From an uncultured delta proteobacterium (GTDB lineage: Bacteria; Myxococcota_A; Polyangia; Palsa-1104), in assembly GCA_963785725.1 (NCBI GenBank), contig CAWAWS010000003.1:224001-288000 (forward strand): 64,000 bases of DNA, written 5' to 3'. The translations under genes and the position numbers were made by a program. Of the stretch, positions 1-9,190 are shown in pieces. Positions within the stretch are counted from its first letter, which is position 1. Every line of letters begins with the position of its first letter. The notes beneath the pieces are model-generated. The model was not told where the DNA came from. It saw only the letters and a program-made list of their open reading frames with translations, and did not search any database.

Positions 1-762
1 CCGACAGTTGGTGGGCTCGGTGCGTGCCCAGGAGCCGGTCCAACGCCTTATCAATTCCAGATCACCCGCGAAAAATAGTGAGTCTTCGCTCAGGCCGGCG
101 ATCGCGAAAAACGATCGCCGTTCGGACGTGCCCATTGATGACCAGTGTTCTCCATTCCATCGAATGACGACGCCTTCATCGCCGGCAGCCCAAACTGTCT
201 TGCCGCTCGCCCATACGGCGTTCAGCGACGCATCCGTCCCGGTGGAAATGCGCCGACAGCTGTCGTCGCGGCAACGAAAAGCGAGGCCATCGCCACCGAC
301 GACCCATGCCGCCCCGCTGTCGTCCGCGGCGACCGAGCGGAGCGCGGCTGTCGTACCGATGGAAACGACAGACCAAGCATCCTTCGTTCGTCGTAGCAGG
401 GTTCCATTCTTGCCGGCCGCCCAGACTTCGCCATTGCTGCTGGCAGCGAGCGAGAGAATCGTCGCCGGCGCGCTGCCGTCGAACGACCAGCGCTCTCCAT
501 CCCAACGAAGGATCGTGCCGCCCTCGCCGGCGGCCCAGGCGCGAGCGGCTCCGCTTCCATTGACGGCGTGCAGCCAATCGCCCGTGGGCCGCGGATTTTC
601 CCAGCACCAGCGACTCGGTAGGCATACCTCGTCGACGCCGCGGGAGTGTATGGCGACCGGAGCGTCGACGCGCTGAGCCGACTTCCGTTTGGAGCAGGCG
701 CCAATCAGCGGCACCGACCCAGTCAGCAGCAGCACGAGACCGGTAAGCCCAATCGCTCGCAT
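1..762 (-). CDS. Beta-propeller repeat lipoprotein (myxobacterial WD40/YCF48-like), runs off the left edge
   Basis: Manual translation from ATG 762: MRAIGLTGLVLLLTGSVPLIGACS (lipobox), WCWENPRPTGDWL, repeats WAAGEGGTILRWDG / WAAGKNGTLLR. Absent from the ORF track, apparently because it has no stop inside the window. Confidence 0.7.
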   Translation of the reverse strand, partial: MRAIGLTGLVLLLTGSVPLIGACSKRKSAQRVDAPVAIHSRGVDEVCLPSRWCWENPRPTGDWLHAVNGSGAARAWAAGEGGTILRWDGERWSFDGSAPATILSLAASSNGEVWAAGKNGTLLRRTKDAWSVVSIGTTAALRSVAADDSGAAWVVGGDGLAFRCRDDSCRRISTGTDASLNAVWASGKTVWAAGDEGVVIRWNGEHWSSMGTSERRSFFAIAGLSEDSLFFAGDLELIRRWTGSWARTEPTNCR

Positions 763-788
763 GCGCCGACCCCGATTGTGCCGCGGGC

Positions 789-2810
789 CTAAGTCTTACT
801 CGCGTGCAGCGCCGGCAATATCGGCGCCGACTCTTCGCTGCGCGAATCCGCCGGCGCCGTCGCCAAGATCTCCTGCACCCAGCGCGCGAGCTGCTTTTGC
901 GTGGCCACCAAGCCTTCGCGCACGGCGATCTCCCCGAGCGCCTGCTCGAGCGCGTCGCAGCTGTCGAAGCGATATTCGGGGTCGTACGAGAGCGCGCGCA
1001 ACACCAGCGCCTCCAAGCCGTCGGGCAGGTCGGCGCGAAACTGCGCCAGCGGCGGCAGATGCGGCCAGCCGTCGGCGCCGAGCGTCCGCAGCCGCATGAT
1101 GTCGAGGTTGATGCGCGCGCCCGAGAGCAGCTGATACGCGGCCACGCCCACGCCGTAGACGTCGACGCGGCAATCGTACGGCAACGCCAGCCGCTGCTCG
1201 GGCGCCATATAGGCCATCGTGCCCTTGACCTCGCCGACCTCGGTCGTGAACGGGCGGAAGACGGCGTCGGTGTAGGCGATGCCGAAGTCGCTCACCTTGA
1301 CGACGCCGTTGCGACCGACGAGCACGTTGGCGAGCTTGACGTCGCGATGGATGATGCCGAGCGGCGCGCCGTCGCTGCCGCGCGCCTGATGGGCCGCGTG
1401 CAGGCCGTCGCAGACCGCGCGCAGGACGAGGATCACGAGCGGCAGCGGGATCGGCCGGCCCAGCATCGCCGCCGCTTCGTACAGCCGATGCAAGTCGGCG
1501 CCGTCGACGAACTCCATCGCGATGAACGTCGGCCCGACGCTCAAGTCGATGATCTCGATGACATTGGGATGCGTCAGCTGCGTCGCCAAACGCGCTTCGG
1601 CCACGAGGTAATCGACGATCGTCGGATTCTGCGCCAGGCTCTCCTTGATCACCTTGAGCGCGATCTGCTTCTCGAAGCCCGCCGGACCTTGCGCGCGCGC
1701 CAAGAACACGTCGGCCATGCCGCCCGAGCCGAGCAGCTTGACGATCGCGTAACGGCCGATGCGACGCGCGTTCGGCGCCGGCTCGGCCGCCACCTCGGTC
1801 GCGTCCGCCTCCAAGCCGGCGTCGGAGCTCGACGACGACGGCGGACGCGCGCGCGGCCGTTGGCTCGAGATCTTCTCGGCCGTCGCCACCTGCGAGTCGG
1901 GCGCGTCCGCTTCGTCGTCGATGGCCGTCGCCGGCTGCAGCGCCAAGTCGCGATCGGGCGCGACGCGATGATCGGTCGCCGTCACCTCCGGGCGGCGCGT
2001 CGACGCCGAGATCGGCCCGTCGCTCGGCACCGGCGCCGACGGGGCCCGGCTCGTCGGACGACGGCGCGCCAGCCCGAGCGCCGCCAAGAGCGACAGCGCG
2101 GACAGCGCCAGCCACAGCCAAAAGCGCAGCGGCGACGGGCGCGCCACCAGCAGCGTCACCGTCGTCGTGCCCAGTGTGCCGACCGCTTCGCGCGTCGCCG
2201 CCGCGTCGGCCTTGGGCTCGCCGATGAGCATGACGCGTTGGCCGCCGGCGTCGAGCCAGGCGACGGCGTGGGCGCGCGCCAGCGTCCGCCGCGCCTCGGT
2301 CAGCTCGACGCGCCGGCTCACGCGCAAGAGGCCGCCCAGCTTCTCGCTCTCTTCGCTCTGCGTCCGCTCGTGCACGGCGCGCACGTCGGTCACGAGCGGC
2401 CCGGCGGCGCCTTCGCGCAGGTAGACGCCGGCTTCGTCGGGCACGTCGAGCAGCGGCGCATCGGCAGGCACGTGCAAGAGCAGGCGCGGCGGCTGTCCGC
2501 GCATCAACTGCCGCACTTCGATCGACTCGTTGGCCAGCGGCTCCAGCTCGAGCTCGTGGCGCGTCAGGTCGCGCACCGTCGCCGCGTCGGTATAGACGAG
2601 CACGCCGAGGCGCGGCATCTCCGCCAAGGTCGACGCGCGCGTCTCGGCCAGCGCCGCCGCTTCGCGCAGCCGCACGCCGACGTCGCTGGCGAGCGCGTCC
2701 AAGTCGCCGTCGCCGAGCACCGGCGGCAGCACCAGCGCGCGCACCAGCGCCGTCGCGGCCAGCGCGCCCAACAGCGCGACGCCGAGCCAATGCCGCTTAG
2801 GTCGCGTCAC
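789..2810 (-). CDS. Membrane Ser/Thr protein kinase (two TM segments, extracytoplasmic domain, C-terminal kinase)
   Basis: LGSGGMADV, IALK, IIHRDVKLAN, DFG, GTMAYMAPE motifs. GTG start at 2810 overlaps the upstream stop (GTGA). Confidence 0.9.
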   Translation of the reverse strand: MTRPKRHWLGVALLGALAATALVRALVLPPVLGDGDLDALASDVGVRLREAAALAETRASTLAEMPRLGVLVYTDAATVRDLTRHELELEPLANESIEVRQLMRGQPPRLLLHVPADAPLLDVPDEAGVYLREGAAGPLVTDVRAVHERTQSEESEKLGGLLRVSRRVELTEARRTLARAHAVAWLDAGGQRVMLIGEPKADAAATREAVGTLGTTTVTLLVARPSPLRFWLWLALSALSLLAALGLARRRPTSRAPSAPVPSDGPISASTRRPEVTATDHRVAPDRDLALQPATAIDDEADAPDSQVATAEKISSQRPRARPPSSSSSDAGLEADATEVAAEPAPNARRIGRYAIVKLLGSGGMADVFLARAQGPAGFEKQIALKVIKESLAQNPTIVDYLVAEARLATQLTHPNVIEIIDLSVGPTFIAMEFVDGADLHRLYEAAAMLGRPIPLPLVILVLRAVCDGLHAAHQARGSDGAPLGIIHRDVKLANVLVGRNGVVKVSDFGIAYTDAVFRPFTTEVGEVKGTMAYMAPEQRLALPYDCRVDVYGVGVAAYQLLSGARINLDIMRLRTLGADGWPHLPPLAQFRADLPDGLEALVLRALSYDPEYRFDSCDALEQALGEIAVREGLVATQKQLARWVQEILATAPADSRSEESAPILPALHASKT

Positions 2811-4216
2811 TGCGCGCGCGTGCCCCACGGGTTGCCGAACTTGTCGGTGCGCTTTGGCGACGCGCCGGCGCCGTCGACGTCGACCTTCACGTCGTTCTTG
2901 CCGGCGTGGATGACGAGGTCCGCTTCGCTCGTCTTGCCGCTGCGCTCGCTCCAGGCGCGCAATCTGTAACGGCCGGCGGGCAGCGCGCGAAAGCCGAAGT
3001 GCCCGCCGTCGGCGACGGTGGCATAAGGCGCGCTCACGACGGCGATGTACGCGCCCATGTTCTCGTGCACGTTGCACTCGACGCGCACGAGGCCGGCGTG
3101 ATCGAACGTGACGTCGCGCGACTGCCCGCTCTTGTAGACGCCGAGGTCGAACGACTTGGCCTCCGACGCCGAATAGACGTTGTGATAGACGGGATCGAAG
3201 TTGGGGAAGCTCACCGTCGAGCCCACCGGCACGACGAGCAGATGGGGCGCGAAGTCGCGACCGCGCTGCTCCATCGTGCGATGTTGCGGCGCGGGCGGAC
3301 GCGGCGTGCGCCCGTCGCTCGGCGTCAGCGTCACGTAGGCGAGGCCGGGCGCGGCGCCTTTGCCGGCCGTCAACGTCCCGCTCAGCGACGGGCGCGCCGG
3401 CTCGGCCGGGCGCGGCGGCGGCTCGTCGGACGCGGCGGCGGCGCCGAGCACGCGCGGCTGCGGCGGCTCGGCCGGCACGGCGACGACCGGCGTATGCACG
3501 CGCGGCGGCGCGCTCGTCCGATAGATCGGCTCCAGATCCGCCAACGCCTCGCTGCCGACGGCCAGCTCCGCCGCGTAAAACAGCTGGCCGGCCAAGGTCT
3601 GGCTGCCGCGCGCCCGCGCCGCGTCGGCGAGCTCGAGCAGCTTGGCGGCGTCGTGCAGATCCTGCGCCCGTCGCAGCGTGGCCGCGCCGGCGTCGCCCGT
3701 CGCCGGCCGCTCGGCGTGCGGCTCGACGATGTCGGCGCGCTGATGATCGCGCAAGGCCAAGAGCTGCTGCTGCAGATCGTCGGGGATGTGGCGCGCGGCC
3801 AGCGCCGCCCGGAAATCCTCGGTCAGCGCGTCATACTCGGCGTCGCTCACGCGCATGCCGAGATGGGCGGTGCGCATGTCTTGGCCCTTGTATTTGCAGG
3901 GCCCGCCCAGGCGCTCGCACACCTGATCGACCAACATCGCCTTGAAGTGTGCCACATCGCTGCGATCGAAGCGGTGGCGGACGCGCTCGTCCTGCAAGGC
4001 GCGACCGACGAAGTCGTCGACGAGCGTCGTGATGCCGGCCTTGCCGCCCAAGACGTCGTACAGCTTCTTGACGTCGACGGGCGCCGCCGGCGTTTGCGCC
4101 GCCGCCTCGCTGCCGCCGACGACCAAGGCGCCGGCGAGCGCCAGCGCGCGCCAAAGCGCACGCCGCGGCGGACGAGTGGGCGACGACGAGGTGACGATCG
4201 GAGACACTGCTCGCAT
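2807..4216 (-). CDS. Secreted group I truncated haemoglobin fused to a cupredoxin-like domain
   Basis: Signal-like N-terminus. LYDVLGGKAGITTLVDDFV...LGGPCKYKGQDMRTAHLGM (trHb1, proximal His). C-terminal HNVYS...CNVHENM (His...Cys-x2-His-x2-Met type-1 Cu pattern). Confidence 0.8.
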   Translation of the reverse strand: MRAVSPIVTSSSPTRPPRRALWRALALAGALVVGGSEAAAQTPAAPVDVKKLYDVLGGKAGITTLVDDFVGRALQDERVRHRFDRSDVAHFKAMLVDQVCERLGGPCKYKGQDMRTAHLGMRVSDAEYDALTEDFRAALAARHIPDDLQQQLLALRDHQRADIVEPHAERPATGDAGAATLRRAQDLHDAAKLLELADAARARGSQTLAGQLFYAAELAVGSEALADLEPIYRTSAPPRVHTPVVAVPAEPPQPRVLGAAAASDEPPPRPAEPARPSLSGTLTAGKGAAPGLAYVTLTPSDGRTPRPPAPQHRTMEQRGRDFAPHLLVVPVGSTVSFPNFDPVYHNVYSASEAKSFDLGVYKSGQSRDVTFDHAGLVRVECNVHENMGAYIAVVSAPYATVADGGHFGFRALPAGRYRLRAWSERSGKTSEADLVIHAGKNDVKVDVDGAGASPKRTDKFGNPWGTRAQ

Positions 4217-4267
4217 CTTACATGCGCGGCGCCGAAATCGCCCGCCGCCCCTGTCGATGGGGCCGCG

Positions 4268-5983
4268 TCAGCGTTTGCGCGGGCGCGGCAGCTTGTATTC
4301 GGCCAGCCGCGACACCAGCGTGCCGCGCGAGATACCGAGCAGCCGCGCGGCGTGCGTCTGATTGCCGGCGCAGCGCTCGAGCGCGTCCATGATGCGCGCG
4401 CGCTCGTCACTCTCGGCGGGCAATTCGGGCGCGGGCGGCGGCGCGGGCGGCGCCGGCCGCGCGAAGCCGGCGCTGAGCTTCTCCAGCGGCAGCTCGGCGA
4501 GCGTGACCACGCCGCCGACGCAGAGCAGCGCCGCGCGCTCCATCATATTGCGCAGCTCGCGAATGTTACCCGGCCAAATGTAACGCTTGAGCTGCGCCAG
4601 CGCGTCCGCCGCCAGCGTCGGCACCGGCCGGCCGAGCTCGGTCGCCGCGCGCGCCAAGAACAGCCGCGCCAAGGACTCGATCTCCGACGGTCGCTCACGC
4701 AAGGGCGGGATCGAGAGCGTCATGCCGTTCAAGCGATAATAGAGATCGGCGCGAAACGTCCCCAGCGCCGACTCGGCCTCGAGGTCGCGATTGGTGGCCG
4801 AGACGAAGCGGACGTCGATGGCGCGCGCCTTCAAGCCGCCGACGCGTGTCACCTTGCGCTCCTCGATGACGCGCAGAAGCTTGGCCTGCAAGCTGAGCGG
4901 CATTTCGCCCAATTCGTCGAGGAAAACGGTGCCGCCGTCGGCGGTCTCGAGCAGGCCCGGCTTGGCTTGCGTGGCGCCCGAGAACGAGCCTTTTTCGTGT
5001 CCGAAGAGCTCGCTTTCGAGGAGGCTCTCGGCCAGCGCCGCGCAGTTGAGGCGTAAAAAAGGCCGGTCGCGGCGCGGCGAGCGGCTGTGGATGAGGTCGG
5101 CGAGGATCTCCTTGCCGCAGCCGGTCTCGCCGAGCAGGAGCACGCTGATGGTGCCGGCGGCGGCGCGCGCGGCCAGCTCGTGCAGCGCCAGCATCGCCGG
5201 ATCGCGCACGACCACCGACGACGGCGCGGCCGAGTCCGGCGTGGCGCGCAGCTGCCGGCAGGCGTGCGCCATCAGCGCCTCGGGCGTGCGGCCGTCGCGC
5301 GGATAGGACGCCAGGCCCATCGTCGACGCCACGTGGCGCGCGCGCAGCCGCTCGGTCAGCCGCGCCGCCTCCTTGGCGTCGACACCGACGAGCAGCGCCT
5401 CGTATTCGCCCGGTCCATACGTGCCGACGGGGTGGTCGGGACCGAGCGTCTCGGCCAGCGCCGCGTGCAGCGGCCGGTCGTCGACGCCCGGCACGTCCGC
5501 CGCGCTCAGCCTGAGCACGGAGAACACGAGGTGGCCGCGGTCGGCGCGCGCGCACTCCTCCTCCAGCCGCGCCTCGAAGAAGTCGTGGCTGACGAGCCGG
5601 CGCGGGCGCTCCGACGGCGGGCGCGCCGAGGCCACGGCGACGACGGTGATGACGCCGACTTCGATGGACTCGCCCGGCAACACGACGCGCGGCTGACCGG
5701 GGACGAGCGGCTGCCCGCCGACGCGCGTGCCGTTGACGCTGCCCAAGTCCTCGATGGTGAGCGCGGCGCCGGTGCGGATGAGCGCGTGGCGGCGTGAGAT
5801 CGAGGGATCGTCGATGCTGATGGCGGCGTCGGTGCTGCGGCCGATGAGCGCCTCGCCGGCGAGCGGCAGGTGATGCGTCGCGAACAGCGCGTCGCCGAGG
5901 ACGTTGAGCGTGAAGCCGGCGCCGGCCGGACGGCCGCGAACGGGAGCGGTCAAGACTTCGTCGCCAGGTTTCCTGCGCGCCAT
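4268..5983 (-). CDS. FHA-domain sigma54-dependent enhancer-binding protein with degenerate GGDEF-like domain and Fis HTH
   Basis: FHA motifs IGRS...ISRRHA...DLGSVNGT; Walker A GETGCGKE; ESELFGHEKGSFSGA; FLDELGE; WPGNIRELRN; NQTHAARLLGISRGTL. Confidence 0.93.
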   Translation of the reverse strand: MARRKPGDEVLTAPVRGRPAGAGFTLNVLGDALFATHHLPLAGEALIGRSTDAAISIDDPSISRRHALIRTGAALTIEDLGSVNGTRVGGQPLVPGQPRVVLPGESIEVGVITVVAVASARPPSERPRRLVSHDFFEARLEEECARADRGHLVFSVLRLSAADVPGVDDRPLHAALAETLGPDHPVGTYGPGEYEALLVGVDAKEAARLTERLRARHVASTMGLASYPRDGRTPEALMAHACRQLRATPDSAAPSSVVVRDPAMLALHELAARAAAGTISVLLLGETGCGKEILADLIHSRSPRRDRPFLRLNCAALAESLLESELFGHEKGSFSGATQAKPGLLETADGGTVFLDELGEMPLSLQAKLLRVIEERKVTRVGGLKARAIDVRFVSATNRDLEAESALGTFRADLYYRLNGMTLSIPPLRERPSEIESLARLFLARAATELGRPVPTLAADALAQLKRYIWPGNIRELRNMMERAALLCVGGVVTLAELPLEKLSAGFARPAPPAPPPAPELPAESDERARIMDALERCAGNQTHAARLLGISRGTLVSRLAEYKLPRPRKR

Positions 5984-6046
5984 CGACGCTGCAGTATAGC
6001 GGCAGATCGCGCCGCGTCGCCCGGCAAGCGTCGACCGATGCGGCCG

Positions 6047-7603
6047 CTACGGCGTCGAACGCGCGAGAACGATCCAGGCCAGCGAGCCCAAGAGCGCGAT
6101 CACGGCCGCCAACGCCATGATGAGCCAGCGGCGCTCGAGCGGCGGCAGCGACGGGCGCGGCGCGTCATGCGGCGGCGAGACAGCGTGCACATCGGGCGCG
6201 GCGTGATGGCCGACGACCGTCGACGCGGCGTGGTAGGCGGCCGGCAGCTGCGCCGGCTGCACGTCGACGATCGTCTCCTCGGCATCATCGCCCGCGCCCA
6301 ACGCCGGATAGGTCGGCGCCGGCACCGACGCGCGCGTCGCTTCGCCGGCGAAGGCGCGCGCCTCTTCGCCCGTCAAGACCGGCACCGACGCCCGCGTCTC
6401 CTCGTCCGCCAGCGCCGTCTGCGTCGGCAGAGCCGGCGACGACGGCGACGACCGCGTCTTCGGCTCCGCCGACGACGGCGGCGACGACGGCGTCTTCTGC
6501 GTCTTCGGCTCTGACGTCAGCGCCCGCGACGACGGCGACGACGGTTGCGTCCGCGGCGCGGGCGTGGCCGGCGGCGCCGGCGTCCCGCCCTTCATTGCGC
6601 CGTCAGGCGAGGGCGAGGGACGGGGAGTCTTTAGCGGCGCCGGCATCGCGCGCCCGACCGGTCCCAGCTCCTGCAGAAACCGCCGCAGCGCCACCGCGTC
6701 GCCGCTCTGTTGTCGCGTCAGCTCGGCCAACGCCGCCCACAACGCGTCACAATCGGCGAAGCGCTGCTCGGGCCACGGCGCCAACATGCGCAAGACGAGC
6801 GCGTCCACCTCCGGCGGAATGCCGTCGACGCGCGTGCTCGGCGGCGCGACGTTGCCCTCGCGGATGAGCGACATCGTCTCGATCTCGGTCTTGCCGCGAT
6901 AGAGCCGATCGAGCGTCATGAGCTCGTAAAAGACGATGCCGAGCGCGAAGATGTCGCTGCGGCCGTCGAGCTCGCGACCTTCGCACTGCTCGGGCGACAA
7001 ATAGCTGAGCTTGCCTTTGAGCGAGCCGACGCTGGTGCGCGTCTGATCTTGGCGCAGCTTGTCGGTCACTTTGGCGATGCCGAAGTCGAGCAGCTTCACG
7101 CCGCCGAGCGCCGTCACCATGATGTTCGACGGGCTGACGTCGCGATGGACGATGCCGAGCGGCTGCCCGTCGTCGTCGGTGAGCGCGTGCGCATAGGCGA
7201 GCGCGCTGGCCACTTGGCTGACGATGTACGCGGCGACGCCGAGCGGCAGCCGCAGCTGCCGCTGCTTGCAGGCTTTGACGAGCGCGCTCAGGTCGCAGCC
7301 TTCGACGAGCTCCATCGCCAGGTAATATTCGCCGTCGACCTCGCCGAACTCGTGCACCTGCACGATGCCGGGATGACGCAGCCGCGCCGACAAGCGCGCC
7401 TCGGTCGCCAACATGCGCGCGAAGCTCGGATGGTACGAATGCTCGCGCAAGATGCGCTTGATGACGATCTCGCGCTCGAAGCCCTTGGGCCCGTCGACGA
7501 CGGCGCGCGTCACCACCGCCATGCCGCCCGCGCCCAGCTCCTCGAGCAGACGATAGCGCCCGAACTTCGACTCCTGCGGATTCGACTCCCGCCCATGGAC
7601 CAT
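6047..7603 (-). CDS. Ser/Thr protein kinase with Pro/Ser-rich tail and C-terminal TM
   Basis: LGAGGMAVV, IVHRDVSPSN, LLDFGIAK, GKLSYLSPE. Confidence 0.92.
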   Translation of the reverse strand: MVHGRESNPQESKFGRYRLLEELGAGGMAVVTRAVVDGPKGFEREIVIKRILREHSYHPSFARMLATEARLSARLRHPGIVQVHEFGEVDGEYYLAMELVEGCDLSALVKACKQRQLRLPLGVAAYIVSQVASALAYAHALTDDDGQPLGIVHRDVSPSNIMVTALGGVKLLDFGIAKVTDKLRQDQTRTSVGSLKGKLSYLSPEQCEGRELDGRSDIFALGIVFYELMTLDRLYRGKTEIETMSLIREGNVAPPSTRVDGIPPEVDALVLRMLAPWPEQRFADCDALWAALAELTRQQSGDAVALRRFLQELGPVGRAMPAPLKTPRPSPSPDGAMKGGTPAPPATPAPRTQPSSPSSRALTSEPKTQKTPSSPPSSAEPKTRSSPSSPALPTQTALADEETRASVPVLTGEEARAFAGEATRASVPAPTYPALGAGDDAEETIVDVQPAQLPAAYHAASTVVGHHAAPDVHAVSPPHDAPRPSLPPLERRWLIMALAAVIALLGSLAWIVLARSTP

Positions 7604-7735
7604 TGCCGCGCCCTCCCGAGCGCCCAGCGGTTTGTGGTGGCTGCGGCCAATCCGTTACGGCGCGCGAAAAAAAGAGCGTTACGAAACTTCGGCGATCGCC
7701 ACCGTGTTTTGCACGTGGCGTTGTCAGCCATACAA

Positions 7736-7777
7736 ATTGTTCAATTGCACAATCACGCATTGAACGATCTGTTCAAT
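7736..7777. promoter_or_regulatory. Two AT-rich palindromes in the divergent kinase/ECF promoter region
   Basis: ATTGTTCAA|TTGCACAAT (7736-7753, one mismatch) and ATTGAAC-N5-GTTCAAT (7759-7777). Confidence 0.45.
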
Positions 7778-7889
7778 CGATCGCAACTCTCTCGCCGACT
7801 GCGCCGTATACGGCCTGTTTCGCCGCTGGCGCAGCCCCTGCAAAAGCGGTCGGGGCCGGCGCACAGCGCGTCGAGAGAGAGGTCCTTGA

Positions 7890-8669
7890 ATGTGCAAGAG
7901 CGCGATCGTTTCGTCGTCCGTCAACGCCGGCTCCGAGCGCGACGCCGTCGGGGCGCGCCGTCGAGCCGGACGCCAGGCGACGGCGGCGGCGCGGCTGCTC
8001 GTCGTCCGCGATCGCGCCGGCCACGACCGCGACCGGGGCGCGCAGCCTGAGGCTGAGCGGCTCGATCGCCTGGGGTGGCAGCGCCTCTTGCCCTTCTTGG
8101 CGCGCGATCAGGAGCAGTCGCGCAATCGAGCTAGCGGCAATGAATACGAGCTCGTGCGCGGCAAGCTGCTCAAGTTCTTCCGCGCCAAAGGCGCCTTGCA
8201 CGGCGAGGACTTGGCCGACGAGACGTTCGATCGGGTGGCGCGCAAGCTGGCCTCCGATCGCCTCGGCGACGTGCGCAACTCGACCGGCTACGTGCTCGGC
8301 GTGGCGCGCCTCGTCTGGCTGGAGGCGATCAAGCACGACGTGGCGCGGCGCGCGCGGCTCGACAATTGGCAAGCGACGCGCGATCGGCCTTCATTCGATC
8401 AAACGCTGCAGCGCGAGGTCGATCTGGCCGTGCTCGATCGCTGTCTCGGCGAGCTCGGCGCCGACGCGCGCGCGCTCTTGCTCGACTATTACGCGCACGA
8501 CGGCCGCGCCCGCATCGAGACGCGCGAGGCGTTGGTCGAGCGCTTCGGGCTGAACCCGGGCCGCTTGCGGACGCGCGTGCATCGGCTGCGAATTCAGCTC
8601 GAGCGACGCGTGCGCGCCGCCTTCGCCGACTTGGCGGGCGCGACCTGTCCGGCTACTGCGAGCCGTTGA
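7890..8669 (+). CDS. ECF-type sigma-70 family factor
   Basis: YELVRGKLLKFF...EDLADETFDRV (region 2) and LDRCLGELGADARALLLDYY...RTRVHRLRIQL (region 4). SD-like GAGAGG upstream. Confidence 0.75.
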   Translation: MCKSAIVSSSVNAGSERDAVGARRRAGRQATAAARLLVVRDRAGHDRDRGAQPEAERLDRLGWQRLLPFLARDQEQSRNRASGNEYELVRGKLLKFFRAKGALHGEDLADETFDRVARKLASDRLGDVRNSTGYVLGVARLVWLEAIKHDVARRARLDNWQATRDRPSFDQTLQREVDLAVLDRCLGELGADARALLLDYYAHDGRARIETREALVERFGLNPGRLRTRVHRLRIQLERRVRAAFADLAGATCPATASR

Positions 8670-9108
8670 CGTCAATCAGAATCGCCTCGAGCTGCGCCAG
8701 CGCTCGCGTCAACGGGGCCACACGCTGCCGCTGCGCCGCGCCGTCGACGGCGGGCAGCGCCAGCAGCTGATCGCGCTCGTAGCGCAGCCGTTCATATAGC
8801 GGGCGCAGCTCGCGCACGAACGCCGCCAGCGCCGCGTCGGCCGCGCGCGACGTGTGCTCGGCGAGCGCGCGCGGATCGTGATCGTAGGCGTCGGCGCCGG
8901 GCCACGTCGGCGCGTCGGCCATCGGATCCGACGGCTCCGCGGCGGTCGTATTCGCCGCCGGCGGGCGCGGCCGAACGTGCGTGTCCTCGTCGCCGTCATC
9001 CTCGTCGTGCGCGGACGCGCTCAGCTGATCGACGGGCAAGCGCTCGGTCTCCATCTCGGCCAAAATTCGCGCCATCAGCTCGCGCACATCGTCCTGTCCG
9101 TGAGACAT
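8653..9108 (-). CDS. Hypothetical protein
   Basis: ORF MSHGQDDVRELMAR... fills the gap between genes; helical C-terminus; no recognised motif. Confidence 0.45.
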   Translation of the reverse strand: MSHGQDDVRELMARILAEMETERLPVDQLSASAHDEDDGDEDTHVRPRPPAANTTAAEPSDPMADAPTWPGADAYDHDPRALAEHTSRAADAALAAFVRELRPLYERLRYERDQLLALPAVDGAAQRQRVAPLTRALAQLEAILIDVNGSQ

Positions 9109-9190
9109 ATCCGTAATGGTCGCGGGCGCGCGTCTGTTACCGCGGCGATTCACGCGCGAAACCAAATGACGCCACGCGCGTATGCAGTCC

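Noticed and set aside
8..704. ORF-track calls in the first 700 bp
   Set aside because: Better explained by the edge-truncated minus-strand lipoprotein starting at 762.
804..5056. Long antisense or alternate-frame ORFs (for example 804-2969 +, 2906-5056 +, and similar ones throughout the window)
   Set aside because: Arg/Ala-rich shadow frames expected in high-GC DNA; they overlap motif-supported genes.
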